In this document: positions 42,218-53,507 of the stretch, piece after piece | How positions within the stretch are numbered: position 1 is the first letter of the stretch | Layout: every line of letters begins with the position of its first letter | DNA from: Blastocladiella emersonii ATCC 22665 | Lineage: Eukaryota; Fungi; Blastocladiomycota | Assembly (NCBI GenBank): GCA_025594325.1 | Contig: JANHCV010000002.1 | Span: forward strand, 682,001 to 746,000 | Reading direction: 5' to 3' | Length of the DNA stretch: 64,000 nt | The notes under the pieces: model-generated | Told to the model about the DNA's origin: nothing | Seen by the model: only the letters and a program-made list of their open reading frames with translations | Database searches by the model: none | Made by a program: the position numbers and the translations under genes

Positions 42218-43771
42218 CTACGCCTCGTCAACGACCGCCGGCGCGCGGTGGCGCGCGACGAGCGCGGCAGCCTTGGCCTTGAGCGCGGGCGAGACGGGGT
42301 CCCACACCGGCGGCCGGGCGGCCCACTCGTGCTCGACGCGCGCGCGTACCTCGGCAAACGACTCCCACTGGACGTGGCGGCGGCTCGGGTCGGTCCCGTC
42401 GTACACGACGCGCAGCTGGTTGGTGCCCGCGGTCGCGGCCGGGTCGTCGTGCGGGTACACCATCGGGCACCCGTTCTCGGCCGCGACCACGGCGAGGCGG
42501 CCGGGGAGAGAGACTTTACCGAGATCGGTCTTGGGCACCTTCATCACGTCGCGCTCGGTGCCGTCGAGGTCGCGCACGTAGCACAGCTTGGTCGCAAACG
42601 ACATGGTGTCCCGGTTGACCTTCTGCAGGAGGCCGCCGCCCATGCCGAAGGCGACGGCGGCGGTCGAGAAGCCCGCGTTCTCGACGGCGGCGAGGATCGC
42701 GGTCAGCGTGGTCGACGTGACGCCGTCGCCCTGGATCACGCCGACGCCGTTGGGCACCTTGAACCCCTTGTCGTTGATGGTGCTCCCAAACGTGGCGTCG
42801 GCGGCGTGCAGCGCCTGCAGGACCGTCTCGACGACGTCGCCCGAGTCGGGCCGCAGGACGAGGAACCCGCCCTTGGCGACCTTGAGCGCCTTGACGGACG
42901 GCAGCACCTTCTCGAGCGCCTGCACGTAGTCGTACGAGTCCATGACGCACGCGACGACGCCCGCCCCAAACTTGTCGAGGGCGTTGGCGAGCGCGGCGCG
43001 CTCCGTCGGCCACGACGTCATGACCGAGTGCTCGGTCGCCGGGATCGACGTGGCGATCGGCACCCCGTGGTTGCAGTGGTACTGCGCGTAGAAGGCCGCC
43101 GACAGCGTGTCGCTGCCGTCAAAGTTGAGCAGGTGCGCGCACCCGCCGACGACCGACTGCTCGACGGTCGTGCACCCGCGGAACCCGAAATCGTGCAGAC
43201 GCGAGGCGAGCAGCGGGTGCGCGCCCGTCACCGGGTCGGCGCCGTCGACGGTCCGGATGAACGACTGCGCGATGGCGTGCTTGGCGCGGCGCGACAGCGT
43301 GGCGACCGTCGACGGGTACCACAGCATGGTGAGCAGCGTCTCGAGGTACGTGACGAGGCGCGCGTACTTGCCGCGCGCCGTGATCTGGTACACGGGGACG
43401 TGCGGGTACACGACCGAGCCCTCGGGCAGCGCCTCGAGCGTCACGGGGAAGTAGCCGTCGTTCTCCTCGATCATGTCGCGGAACAGGTCGGCCGGGAACG
43501 GGTACGGCGTGAAGCCGGCGTTGTGGGTGCGCAGAAAGTCCTCGGTCAGCGCCAGGTCGGCGGCGGTCCACGGCTTGGCCAGGTACGACTCGACCAGGTA
43601 CCGCATCCCGTACACGACGAGCCGCGCGTCGCCCGCGTCCTTGTTGTACGCGGTCCGGAACTCGCCGTACGCCACCATCTCGGCCGCCTCCGGGTACAGC
43701 GCATAGTGCGACAGCTTGTACGAGTCGGTCAGCACGAACGGCGGCAGCGCGAGGGTCGGCGTCGCGCTCAT
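42218..43771 (-). CDS. Nicotinamide phosphoribosyltransferase (NAMPT/NadV type), 517 aa, no intron seen
   Basis: LTDSYKLSHY, LHDFGFRG, HLLNFDGSDT (NAMPT: HLVNFKGTDT), SIPATEHS, DSYD, LRPDSGD, IQGDGV and AFGMGGGLLQKVNRD. Confidence 0.88.
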   Translation of the reverse strand: MSATPTLALPPFVLTDSYKLSHYALYPEAAEMVAYGEFRTAYNKDAGDARLVVYGMRYLVESYLAKPWTAADLALTEDFLRTHNAGFTPYPFPADLFRDMIEENDGYFPVTLEALPEGSVVYPHVPVYQITARGKYARLVTYLETLLTMLWYPSTVATLSRRAKHAIAQSFIRTVDGADPVTGAHPLLASRLHDFGFRGCTTVEQSVVGGCAHLLNFDGSDTLSAAFYAQYHCNHGVPIATSIPATEHSVMTSWPTERAALANALDKFGAGVVACVMDSYDYVQALEKVLPSVKALKVAKGGFLVLRPDSGDVVETVLQALHAADATFGSTINDKGFKVPNGVGVIQGDGVTSTTLTAILAAVENAGFSTAAVAFGMGGGLLQKVNRDTMSFATKLCYVRDLDGTERDVMKVPKTDLGKVSLPGRLAVVAAENGCPMVYPHDDPAATAGTNQLRVVYDGTDPSRRHVQWESFAEVRARVEHEWAARPPVWDPVSPALKAKAAALVARHRAPAVVDEA

Positions 43772-44373
43772 GGTGGTAGGGTTGCTAGTGGTTCGATCAG
43801 CACTGGAGGTTCATGAGGGCTGTTGCGTTGGCAGAGCATACATGGGTTGAGCAAGGTGCGCAAGTTGTTGATGGGGAGAGGGAGAGTAGTCAGCAGGGAC
43901 AGCGATGGCCTCGGCGGTGAGCGGTCGCGACCCTCGATCATCGGCGCGTCGGGTGCGCCTCTCGCTCACAACCACCGTGATTTATATTCTGCTAACACAA
44001 GCGGGCGTGATTGCGCGTGGAACTACATTGTTGAGACTCAAACAGTATTAAGCGCACCAGGGAAGTAAGCTGAAGCGGTATCCGGATGGGCGCGGTGACC
44101 TCAGGTGATGCTCGAACTCGCCTGTCCCTCGCTCGCGCCGCGGCGCGTCCGCCACGTCGTTCCGCTGGACCCATCCCAGCGCTGCCGCCGTGATCCGGCA
44201 CACGCAAAGCCTGCAACGACACCGACTGCAACGACGGCGACTCTGCGCCAGAGCCTCGGCGCCGCGGGTGGTCTCGTTTTCCTTACTGCCGCCACCGGCT
44301 CGCCCGCTCGCTCGCCTCGACTCGACTCGGCGCCCCGCTCTCTCCCTCCCCTCCGCTTGCCGTCGACGCTGCC

Positions 44374-46273
44374 ATGCATGTATCAACACCGCCAGAACGA
44401 GCCGCGCAGCAGCGGCGGCCGGACCACGTCGCGCACCAGTGGATGGTCGCCGCCGTCGTGCGCACGCTGCGCGACGTGGCGGGCGCGGACGGCGCCGACC
44501 GCGCCGCCGTCGACGCTATCGCGAACCTTGCCGTCAACTACCTCCAGGAGATGGCCGCGCTCGCCGCCGTCCACGCCGAGGCCGCCGGCCGCGCGCGAGC
44601 CCATTTTGCCGACCTCCCCGTCGTCCTCGCCGAGTTTGGCCTGTCGCCCGACGACCTGCACGCCGCGCACGCGGCGACCGCGCCGTTGACGGCGCCGGCT
44701 CCCGCGGCGTCGCCCAACGAGGCGTATGCCCGCGCGCCCGCTATCTCGTCCGCGCCCGACGACACGCCGTTTGTCCCGCTCCACCGCTCGCCCGCGGAAG
44801 CGGTACCGCCGCCGCCAGTACCTGCACCGTCCGCATCGTCCTCGTCGTCCTCGCGGCGGAGGAATAAGGCGGCTGCTGCTGCTGCCGCGGCTGCCGCGGC
44901 CACCGCTGCGATCCCAAGGCCGCGCACGCCAGGAGACCTCATCCCGATCCTCGCCCCGACCTACGGCGACCGGATCGTTGTGCCCGGCGCGGCGCCTGCT
45001 GCTCCTGGACCCGCCACCGCGACGACACCAGCACCACCCGCCGCTGCCAAGGGTGCGGCAACCGCCGCTGCACCAGCAGCAGCACCGTCGAGCGCGGCAC
45101 CCTCTCCCTCGGTCGCCGCCTCGTCCAAATCGCCCGCACCACCACCGGCACCCGCGACGCCCGCCGCCTCGGGCCCAGCAGCTGCGCTCGAGCCGCCCAG
45201 CAAGCGATCTCGCACCACGCCCGTCGCCGTGCGCGTGCCGCGCACCGAGTTCCCGCCCCACATCCCGCCCGCCTGCCCGCCGTTCCCACCCAACCACACG
45301 TACAAGCGCACCATGGTACTATCATTAACCCCGCGCCCTGCGTGCCCACTCCGTTGTCTGACTTCTCCTCCTGCGCACGCAGGTCATGGAACTGCACGCC
45401 ACGGACGCGACGCGCGCCCCGCTCGTCGCCGAGCAGCGTGCCCTCGTCGAGGGCAACCTGCGCCACCTCATGGCCCGCCACCCGGAGTTGTTCGAGCACG
45501 CGCCGAACCGGCGCGGCGTCGCGCCCGCGACCGTCTCCCGGATCCTCCAGTCCGAGGGGTGGTGGCGGAAGCCGCCGCCGGACGCGGGCGAGGAGGTCGC
45601 GGCGCCTGAGCCGGTGGCAACAGTACCGAACGGGCCCGTCGACGGCGTCGGCGACTCGATCTCGGGGCTCTCGCTCGGCCCGGGTCCGGCGCCCACGGTC
45701 GCGTCGAGGCGAGAAGAGCTACCGACGCTGCCCGCCCCTCCTCCCGCTGCCGCCGCGTCGCAACCGATCCCGCCGCTATCATTGCCCGCTGCGCCAGGAC
45801 CCGCACCCGCACCAGTACCAGTATCCTCGCCCGTCACTGCACCCGCCGTGACCCCGTCTTCACTGCGTTCGGCCCTGATGCTCGACGCGTCGCCTACCCG
45901 CCCAATACCCGCGCCACCATCGGCCTTCGCGCCCGCGCTCCCGCCGCTGCCGCCGCCACCACCACGAGCCGCGACCGTTCCCGCGGTCGCGAACGGCGTC
46001 AACGGGCACCGGCCAAGCCAGTCGCCCTCGCTGCCGCTCCCGCCCGTCCCGGCAGCGCCGCCAGGGTATCCGCCGCCGCCGCCCGCCCCGCTCGGCCATC
46101 CTGCCGCGCCATCGCAGCCGCACCAGCCGCTCGCACAACCCGCGCCAACACCAACTGTCCCCGCACCAGCAGCTGCGCCCGCGGCCGCGAACCCCGCCCC
46201 GGCTCCCGCGCCGTTCAAGATCCGGTTCAAGATCAAGGCCGCGCCGCCGTCGGCCAGACCACCGCCGTCCTGA
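44374..46273 (+). CDS. TAF8: TFIID subunit 8 (bromodomain-associated histone fold plus TAF8_C); join(44374..45315,45383..46273)
   Basis: Histone fold (AVDAIANLAVNYLQEMA...HAEAAGRARAHFADLPVVLAEFG) and TAF8_C (PPHIPPACPPFPPNHTYKRT...EQRALVEGNLRHLM), joined by a 67-nt intron (45316-45382). Confidence 0.85.
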
Positions 46274-46368
46274 TCCCGGTCCTGTCGCACCACGTCGCGG
46301 GTCTCGGGGCCAAGGCGAAATATATCGCCGAGCGATCAATCGATTGATAAATGTACACCACCTAGTAG

Positions 46369-47262
46369 TCACTGACTTTGCGCGGAAGAAGTGGGGCGGG
46401 ATGAGCGGCGGATGCCATGCGGCTTCTCGGCGAGGTGCCGCTTCAGCGCGGGCATCGATGTAAACGCCATCGGTTTCGAGGTCCCGCCGTTTGGACTACG
46501 TTCGCAGCACTCGTGGCACACGAGCGCGCGTTTCGCGAGCGCGGTCATGGAGGGTTTGTCGAACTAGACGGGTCGCAGGTGTGAGTACACGGCAGCAGAG
46601 CGGTGGGCGCCATGACGGACCTGGATCCGCTCGCGCTTCTCGACGATCTGTTCCGCGACCCACGCGAGCGGGACAAAGAAGCGCGTCGTGAACGATTTCC
46701 AATGATGCTTCGTCTTCATGCCGTCCGACACAAAGTCCTGCGACACGACGTGGACGTGCAGGTGGTGCATCGACGGGATCGCGTGCACGCCGACGCGGAA
46801 CGTCAGTATCGGGTGCTCACGCTCGAGTCTACGACGGCGTTCGTGTCAGCAACAAGTTCATCAACAGGCGGTGCGCCTAGCATACTCGTGGACCAGCTTT
46901 GAACACGCCTCAACGAGCGTCTCGACGACCGCGACATCGGCCTCGTTCTCTGCGGGCCGCAGGTCCTCGACGCTGTCGAGCCCCGTCGGCGCCTTCCGCT
47001 TGTCCTCGGGCAGCCGCGCAGCGCCGCACGTGAACCGCGGCAGCACGAGCAGGTGCACCGCGGCCTTGGGGAACTTGTCGACGACGACCACCACGTCGTC
47101 CGTGTACGAGCGCACCTCGTCGGACGTGTACGCCGCCGGGTCGCGCACGTAGCCGAGCAGCGCGTACAGGCCGCCGGGCGGGCGCTTCGAGGCGGCGGAG
47201 GTTGACATGGTGCGGAGGAGGAGGTTGCGGCAAGTAGGGCGCCTTAGAAGGCGGAGATACAT
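46369..47262 (-). CDS. HNT3: Aprataxin (HIT domain plus zinc finger); join(47262..46886,46828..46621,46563..46369), 259 aa
   Basis: DKFPKAAVHLLVLPR, GVHAIPSMHHLHVHVVSQDF (HIT triad), KHHWKSFTTRFF and CHEC...LKRHL. Two 57-nt introns (46829-46885 and 46564-46620) preserve the frame. Confidence 0.92.
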
Positions 47263-47413
47263 GGGAGCCGGTTCATGGGCAAGGAGAGCGGACGCTGGCG
47301 TCGAGAGCAAGGAGGACTCATCGGGCTCACGAACGCTGGTCTCAGCACGAACGAGGAGGAGCAACGAGAAGTACATCAAATGATACGGCCACGAACACAT
47401 GCTGAGCAACGCG

Positions 47414-48226
47414 TCATGCCTTGGGCTTGGACGACGCGTTCTTGCACGCCCACTCCATGCCCTCCTGCACGCCGTCGCCCGACTTGGCCGAGCACGGCTG
47501 GATCTGCCACGTCCGGTCTCGCAGCGAGTGCAGGTTCAGGCTCGACGCGATCTACATGCAGCGTGTTCGGGTGAGGACGCGCGCGTCGAGTCGTCGTCGA
47601 GAGAGAGGGAGCAGGGCGTACCGCGTCGGGTGCCAGCGCCGTCGCCAGGTCCTGCTTGTTGGCAAGAACGAGCACGGGCACGCCAGCCAGTTTCTCCTCG
47701 TCCAGCAGCTGCTTGAACTCGAGGCCGCTACAAGTTGCTCGAGCGTAAGTGATCTGTCACGTCGGGGATCCCCCGAGCGCGAGAACGTACGCTTCCTCGA
47801 TGCGGCGTTTGTCAGAGCTGTCAATCACAAAGATCTACACGGCAGCAGCTCTCGTCAGCCTCGCGTCGCGTGCCCGCAACGAAGCACGTACGAAGACGTC
47901 GGTCGACTCAAAGTAATTGCGCCAGTACGGCCGGATCACCTTCTGCCCGCCGATATCCCACATGTTCATCTTGAACCCGTGCGCCGCGACCGTCTTGACG
48001 TTGAACCCCGTCGTCGGCGACACCTCGGTGATGTCCTCGTTGTTGAGCCGCTTCAGGATCGTCGTCTTGCCCGCATTGTCGAGACCGAGCAGCAGGATCC
48101 GGACCTCGCGGTCGGCGCGGCGCAGGCGGCGGAGGAGTTCGAGCAGACCCTACGCGCGCGAGTGCGACGGGGCGGTTTGAGCGTCGACGCGGATGGGATG
48201 CATGGAGTGGGTTGCATGGTTACCAT
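47414..48226 (-). CDS. ARL3: ADP-ribosylation factor-like GTPase 3; join(48226..48224,48149..47892,47834..47791,47727..47622,47551..47414), 182 aa
   Basis: The spliced product [31 protein letters not shown]...[17 protein letters not shown]...[21 protein letters not shown]...[33 protein letters not shown] matches ARL3 better than ARL2. Four introns of 74, 57, 63 and 70 nt. Confidence 0.92.
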
Positions 48227-49086
48227 GGTGAGTGGCGAGTGGTGTGGGTAGGTGGGGAGCGGGGGTGAGAAAGCGTGTCGAGAACCGAAACGAGCGACGC
48301 GTCGCGTCCCCCGGTCACATGATATCGGAACGCGTCTCCCGACGGTCTCCCAGCTCCTGGGCCAGTGAGCGCATGCAGGCACCCCTACGCTAACGCGAAG
48401 GCTCAACCGTCTATGTCGTTCCGAAGGTCAGAGTTCGTCCACCAACGCACAATCTCGAAGTCACAAAAATCAATGCCAAGCAAACGCGCGCCCTGGAACG
48501 ATTTTAGTGGGCAGCGCCCCGCCGGTTGGTTTCCGCGACTGCTGCTTCCGTCGGTTTTACGTTATTTTCTGTGTAAACTACTGGTGGAACCGATTTGCAG
48601 CCTTCGAGAGGGGAACAGGGTCGTGACATGATCAACAGGCGTCAGCACTCAAACAGATCTGCGCGCCGTGTCCGTTAATATCGCCGAGGCTTCCCCGAGA
48701 TTCCTAGTCTGAAAATCAAGGTGTCAATGGCTTGCTTGCAACATGCTGATTCTATTAACGTTGGTGGAGGAAGCGTCAATGAATGTGATCCGTTCTTTGG
48801 AAACCACGATCCGCGACGCAATCGCTGGCCAGGCGAGTTAAAGCTGGAAGCGAGCCTGATGCGAGGAGCAACGCATAAGCGGCAAGCATGGGGCGAGCGA
48901 TACATACCACCTGGATCGCAAGAACGTGCGCTCGTGTGACAAGACGTCCTGGCTAGTGCGCGGCTTCGCATGCATGAGCTGAGCTCGGTTTCGTCACCTC
49001 TCGGCACCAAGCGAACAAGTTAGTACGAAAAGCGGATGAAACTGCCAGCATTTGAATACTGAAGTCACCCTTGCGCTAGTTAAGAC

Positions 49087-49662
49087 TTGGCCGAGGCAAA
49101 AGTCGCCGTTGCGCAGTTCGACCCGACCTGCTTGGCCGAGGGTCACGGCTTGCCCCAAGTCAAAGTACCCACGAACGAGAACTTGGCCTCTGGTACTCAC
49201 TTCATCATGGCGGAGAACAACAGGCCATCGGACGAATTAACCGCTCGGGAGCTGGCCGGCAGCATTGCCAAGGGTATCATTTGGGCCTCCAGGACACTCG
49301 AGGCCATTTTAAAAGGGCTTGAAAAGACCTCAGCATCGGCTGAAAGCAGCGTCCTCGACCTACCGAAACATGTGGTATGCCCAAAGGAGTTGGTAGCGGA
49401 GCTGGATTACGTGCTCATCCTGTCGAAAACGACTCGGGTACGGCTTGTTCAAAAATTGGCTGAGGTCTACGCGTTTTCAACTGCATTTGAGGACGCGGTT
49501 TGTATCGTAAAAAGCCTTACGGAAACCCAAGCCAAGGAGCTCATGAACGAGCTAAAGCGACAGTATCACCTATTGAACAGTGATGTACACCAACTGCAAA
49601 GACTGTGGATCAAGTTTCAGTTCAGAGCACATGAATTGGTGGTAAGGCCCAGATACACATAA
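49087..49662 (+). CDS. Orphan helical protein, copy 1 (probably has upstream exon(s); true start unresolved)
   Basis: 191-aa ORF with amphipathic helices. Homologous over its length to 50450..51037, which supports coding status. Confidence 0.55.
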   Translation: MAEAKVAVAQFDPTCLAEGHGLPQVKVPTNENLASGTHFIMAENNRPSDELTARELAGSIAKGIIWASRTLEAILKGLEKTSASAESSVLDLPKHVVCPKELVAELDYVLILSKTTRVRLVQKLAEVYAFSTAFEDAVCIVKSLTETQAKELMNELKRQYHLLNSDVHQLQRLWIKFQFRAHELVVRPRYT

Positions 49663-50449
49663 ACCATCAATTGCCTCAATTACAGGGCGCATCGGAGATA
49701 ACATTGACTGTTGGTGGCGATTACCAGCGGTACTTGAGCCATGTTCAGCCGTCTCTTGAGACGGAAGGCTCCGCCGTGCCGCGTTCTAACTCAAATCCCA
49801 TGTTTGCTGACCAGCGGGAGGTCGTACGTCGCATCCACGAGCACATTCAAAACCCCGCAACAGAGCCGATGAAATTGAGTGCGGCTGGCTCGTGAGTACA
49901 GAGTCGCGCCATCGACCATCGCGCCGCAAAGCGCGCCGCGCCACACACGTGGTCCTGAAACACGACGCGGCTTCGATTCCTCCCGACCCTTTCCTCTGGC
50001 CATCCGGCCGTCCAAAGAGCGGTCACAGCAACATTGGGGAGGGAAGCAAAAAAGAATGAAAGCGTGTTTAAAGGCGACCCAGAACAGGGGCAATCGCAGG
50101 CGACGGAACCTTGTAAACTCCAGCGTACTAGGTATTCTCGCCGTTCGACCGCTTCTGCGTGGAACCCATTGCATAGAGTACAGCGACATCGATATGGGAA
50201 GACGCGCTAAAGGAGCACGGAGGGACGCGTTGAGAAGAACATCGAGAAGCTGCATCACGTTAATGATCAATGCAAGCATGATCAATGCGCGCAGTGAAGT
50301 GGCGGCCGACCGGAGCTTGCGACTTCATTGGCTTCCGCAAGGCCTGAACCGAGCACACCCAACATCGATAGCAACCATGTCAGCGGAACAGTATGAAACT
50401 TAGAAGGAACTGCCTGCATTCGAGTGCTGAAGCCATGTACTAGACATGA

Positions 50450-51037
50450 CCCGTTCAAGGCAGTTAGCGCTGTTGCGCCGGCCGACTTGGTTGATGGGCA
50501 CTAGTTGCTCCACGTCAACGCTCCAACGGATGATGAGAAACTCGTCCCTGGTGCTCAACCTCAATCTGATGGAGCGCACCTGGACACGAGCCGGCCAACG
50601 GAAGGACTGACCGCGCGGGAAATGACACATCGCATTGCCGATGGCATCGATTGGGCGACTGGTTCTCTTGAGTACGGTAAAAACGAGCTTGAGGAAGCCA
50701 TAGCATCGGCTGCAGGGGCGTTTCGACGCTACCACAGCATATTGACTGCTCGACAATGTTGTATGTGGAACTCGATCGCGTTCGCCTCTCGTCAAAGGCT
50801 ACCCAAGCGCGACTCATCCAAAGATTAGTTGACGTTGACGTATTTTCAACTGGTTTCGACGAAGCGCGTGAAAGGATGCTAGCGGGCACGTCGGCGCAAA
50901 CCGACGGGCTAATGATGGAGCTCTTGTCCCAGTTTCACCTCATGGTAGTGGATGTGGAGGACTTGGAAGTCCTGTGGTATGAACTTCAGTTCAAGGCGCA
51001 GGATTTGGTCATAGCTGCAGTCAACCTTGATTTCTAA
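50450..51037 (+). pseudogene. Orphan helical protein, copy 2; pseudogene (TAG at 50502-50504 and -1 frameshift in the GGGG run at 50715-50718)
   Basis: Alignment to copy 1: LVDGH*LLHVNAPT vs LAEGHGLPQVKVPT; LTAREMTHRIADGIDWA vs LTARELAGSIAKGIIWA. Adding one G restores LPQHIDCSTMLYVELD vs LPKHVVCPKELVAELD; LWYELQFKAQDLV vs LWIKFQFRAHELV. Confidence 0.7.
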
Positions 51038-51564
51038 TAAATTGTTCTCACCCTAACCGACTGCAGAAAGATGCCAAGATCATCATCAAATCAACCAAGA
51101 AGGTTAGTTCGTGGAGCGGAATAGCTTTTAGCACGAGTTTGACGTGTGAAATTGGGGATCATCTAGTCGTGCGACGTGACTTGCGAGAGGGCCGCAAGCT
51201 CCCTGAGCTTCTCAAGTCCGACGGGTGTGCATAAACGGCTGCAGCGAAAATCTGCGGAGTAACCCGGTGGCCGGGATTGCGTTATAGCGAGGAGGGGAGG
51301 AGGGCGATCCATCAGGCTCGGGCTTTTCGAGCTGAAGGCGGAGCATCGGTTGACTTCGCTGTCACCTGCTTTCAAGACGCGTCGTGACACGGACGACTCA
51401 TGGCGCGAGGCAACGCATCGCGAAGACCAAGCACCCATGATGCAAATTATTTGGACGATGAAAACACAATCTATAACTGCAGCGCGAAACGAAGACAACG
51501 GTACAAAGGTTGGCCAGCTGGAAGCGGCTCACCAGTCATCGTCAGAGCCATCAGAGCTTTGAGG

Positions 51565-53507
51565 CTACAGATCAGATGAGGTCGAATTAAGGACAAGCTT
51601 ATACGTTCGGTCCGCCTCGCCAGTAAACTCGAGGACGTTGCTCTTGGTACTGGTTCCCGTGGAAGCCAACGAAGCTGAAGCATCCGCAAATGTGGTTGGT
51701 CCGTGGCCGCAGCCGTCGGCCATTTCGCCAAAATAAGTTTCAAACATTTCGAGGAGCGTTTCGCTCATTAGTTCCGTGTCAATGTGCAGCCTGAGTGACT
51801 CGCGACGACGAAGAATGAGTTCGAGGAGAAGCGTATTTCCCGCATCCTCCATAGAGTTTTCCTCCATCGAAAGCCAAGCGACGGACGCGGGAAGTGAGGC
51901 TACGATATTCGCGACTCCAGCATCTGAGATATTGCACGAGCACAGATTCAACGCCTTGAGAGCTGGCGTAATGCGCTGCATCACAGCTCGTGCACCTGCA
52001 TCGCCAATGCGGCTATAAGATAGGTCGAGACTTTGGATATTGGGTCCAAGCACGCGCGGAAGGATGGCCATGGCATTAGCCTGAGATCCAAGGTTGAAGA
52101 AACGACAATTGAGCGCTTCCAGGGCGGGAAACGCGATGACAGTTGACCATTCGGACCCAGCAAGGCTCGTCAGGTTGACGGTACTCGCTCCATCAATATG
52201 GTCCGTCATGGGTTCCGAGATGTCGAGACATTTGAGCAAAGGCCGCTCGCGAGCGGCAAGGGCGAGCAGGGCCAACACACTCATGCTCGTTTAACGGAGA
52301 TGGAGTCGCTCGATTGTTTGGGGAAGGTGATGAAATATGGCGTGCAAGCCCTTGTACGCAATCTTTAGATTCCCGTTCAAGCTGAGCAAGGTTAGTCCGG
52401 GAGGTAAAGCAGGAGCGAGCGCGAGGGCGCCCATTGAGGTAATCTTGTTGCCTGCAAGGTCCAACGTGAGCAAACCTTCAGGGAGTACCTTGGCGAGTTC
52501 CGTGACGCCCTGGCCAACAATGGAACAATAAGTGAGGATCAAGGAAGTTAGGGTCGAGGGCAGTCCATGGACGAGCTGTGAAACGATGGTTGAGTCCATG
52601 TCGCAATCGAGAATCTCGAGTTGCGTCAGCAACGGAGGAAGCAGGCCAAGATGGCTACCGAGCGTGGTCGATGTAAGCTTCTCGTTTGCAATCGTAAGCG
52701 ACCGAAGCGTCTCCGGGAGCCAGTTGGTTGGGTTCGAGGTGCAACGATGATGAAGCCGTTTAGATTTAAGTGCAAGCTTGGAAAGTGTCGGCGGGAACGA
52801 GAGAGCATCAAGTCGCTCCCAATTCAGGTCCACTGAACTTAGGGTGAGGGCAATCAAAGAACAACCGCTAACCAGGAATGCCCGATTGAGAGCTTGAATT
52901 CCGGCCAGAGAAATGCGCCGCTGCGACAAGTCAAGCTCGTAGGGCCCAGACGGACGATCGACGAGTGTTTGGGTCAAAGACTCACAGTAAAGGTCGCCGT
53001 TTCCGATCCGAGATCCGTACACGAGCGCGCGCTGCAGGTCGTCGGTTAACCACCGTCGGGATGGGCGAAGACGTATAGAATATATCGTACCGTGGGAATT
53101 TGGGAGGGCACTCCTAGTACGAAAGCGGTACGCTGCTGGAGATGGATGTAGTTGAGGGCAAGCCCAGAATCACGCCAAAAGTCAAGAACATCGAAATGGA
53201 TATGGAGGTCGCTAAAGCCGTATGCTGCGGAGGTGTGATCCATGGGATGACCGTGGTGCGCGCGAAAACGCAGAAGATCAACTCGCCCACTCGCGCTTGC
53301 CTTAGTGACTGAAACGCTCGTGACGCGGTCGGTGATCGCTCGGAAGACACCTGGGCCAGAATCTCGAGGCATGACGCGCGAATAAGGGGCCAAGTCACGG
53401 ACATCACAAGTGTCCGAATGCAACGAAATCGCCGCCACAAGGATTCGGTCGACAATCTCTGGAATAGCAAGCCTCGGTTGACAATGCATCAAGTCATTTG
53501 CTTCCAT
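51565..53507 (-). pseudogene. F-box-like/ankyrin N-module plus LRR gene, join(53507..53091,53031..51565), interrupted by one in-frame TAA at 52291-52293
   Basis: A 59-nt intron (53032-53090) links the 53507 ORF in frame to the LRR ORF. The two LRR ORFs are in the same frame (ERLHLR*TSMSVLAL) and carry RNI-like LP..L..L.L..N.I...G units. Confidence 0.65.

Noticed and set aside
42218-47262. NAMPT, TAF8 and aprataxin as an NAD/DNA-repair or phage-like module
   Set aside because: TAF8 and aprataxin are spliced, host-like housekeeping genes. Proximity is explained by gene density.
49671-50403. Short ORFs 49671..49895 and 49879..50403 between the orphan paralogs
   Set aside because: They may hold upstream exons of copy 2, but I could not support an alignment to copy 1 or a splice model.
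48300-51500. Low-GC segment as a transposon
   Set aside because: I saw no terminal repeats, target-site duplication, or RT/integrase/DDE motifs.
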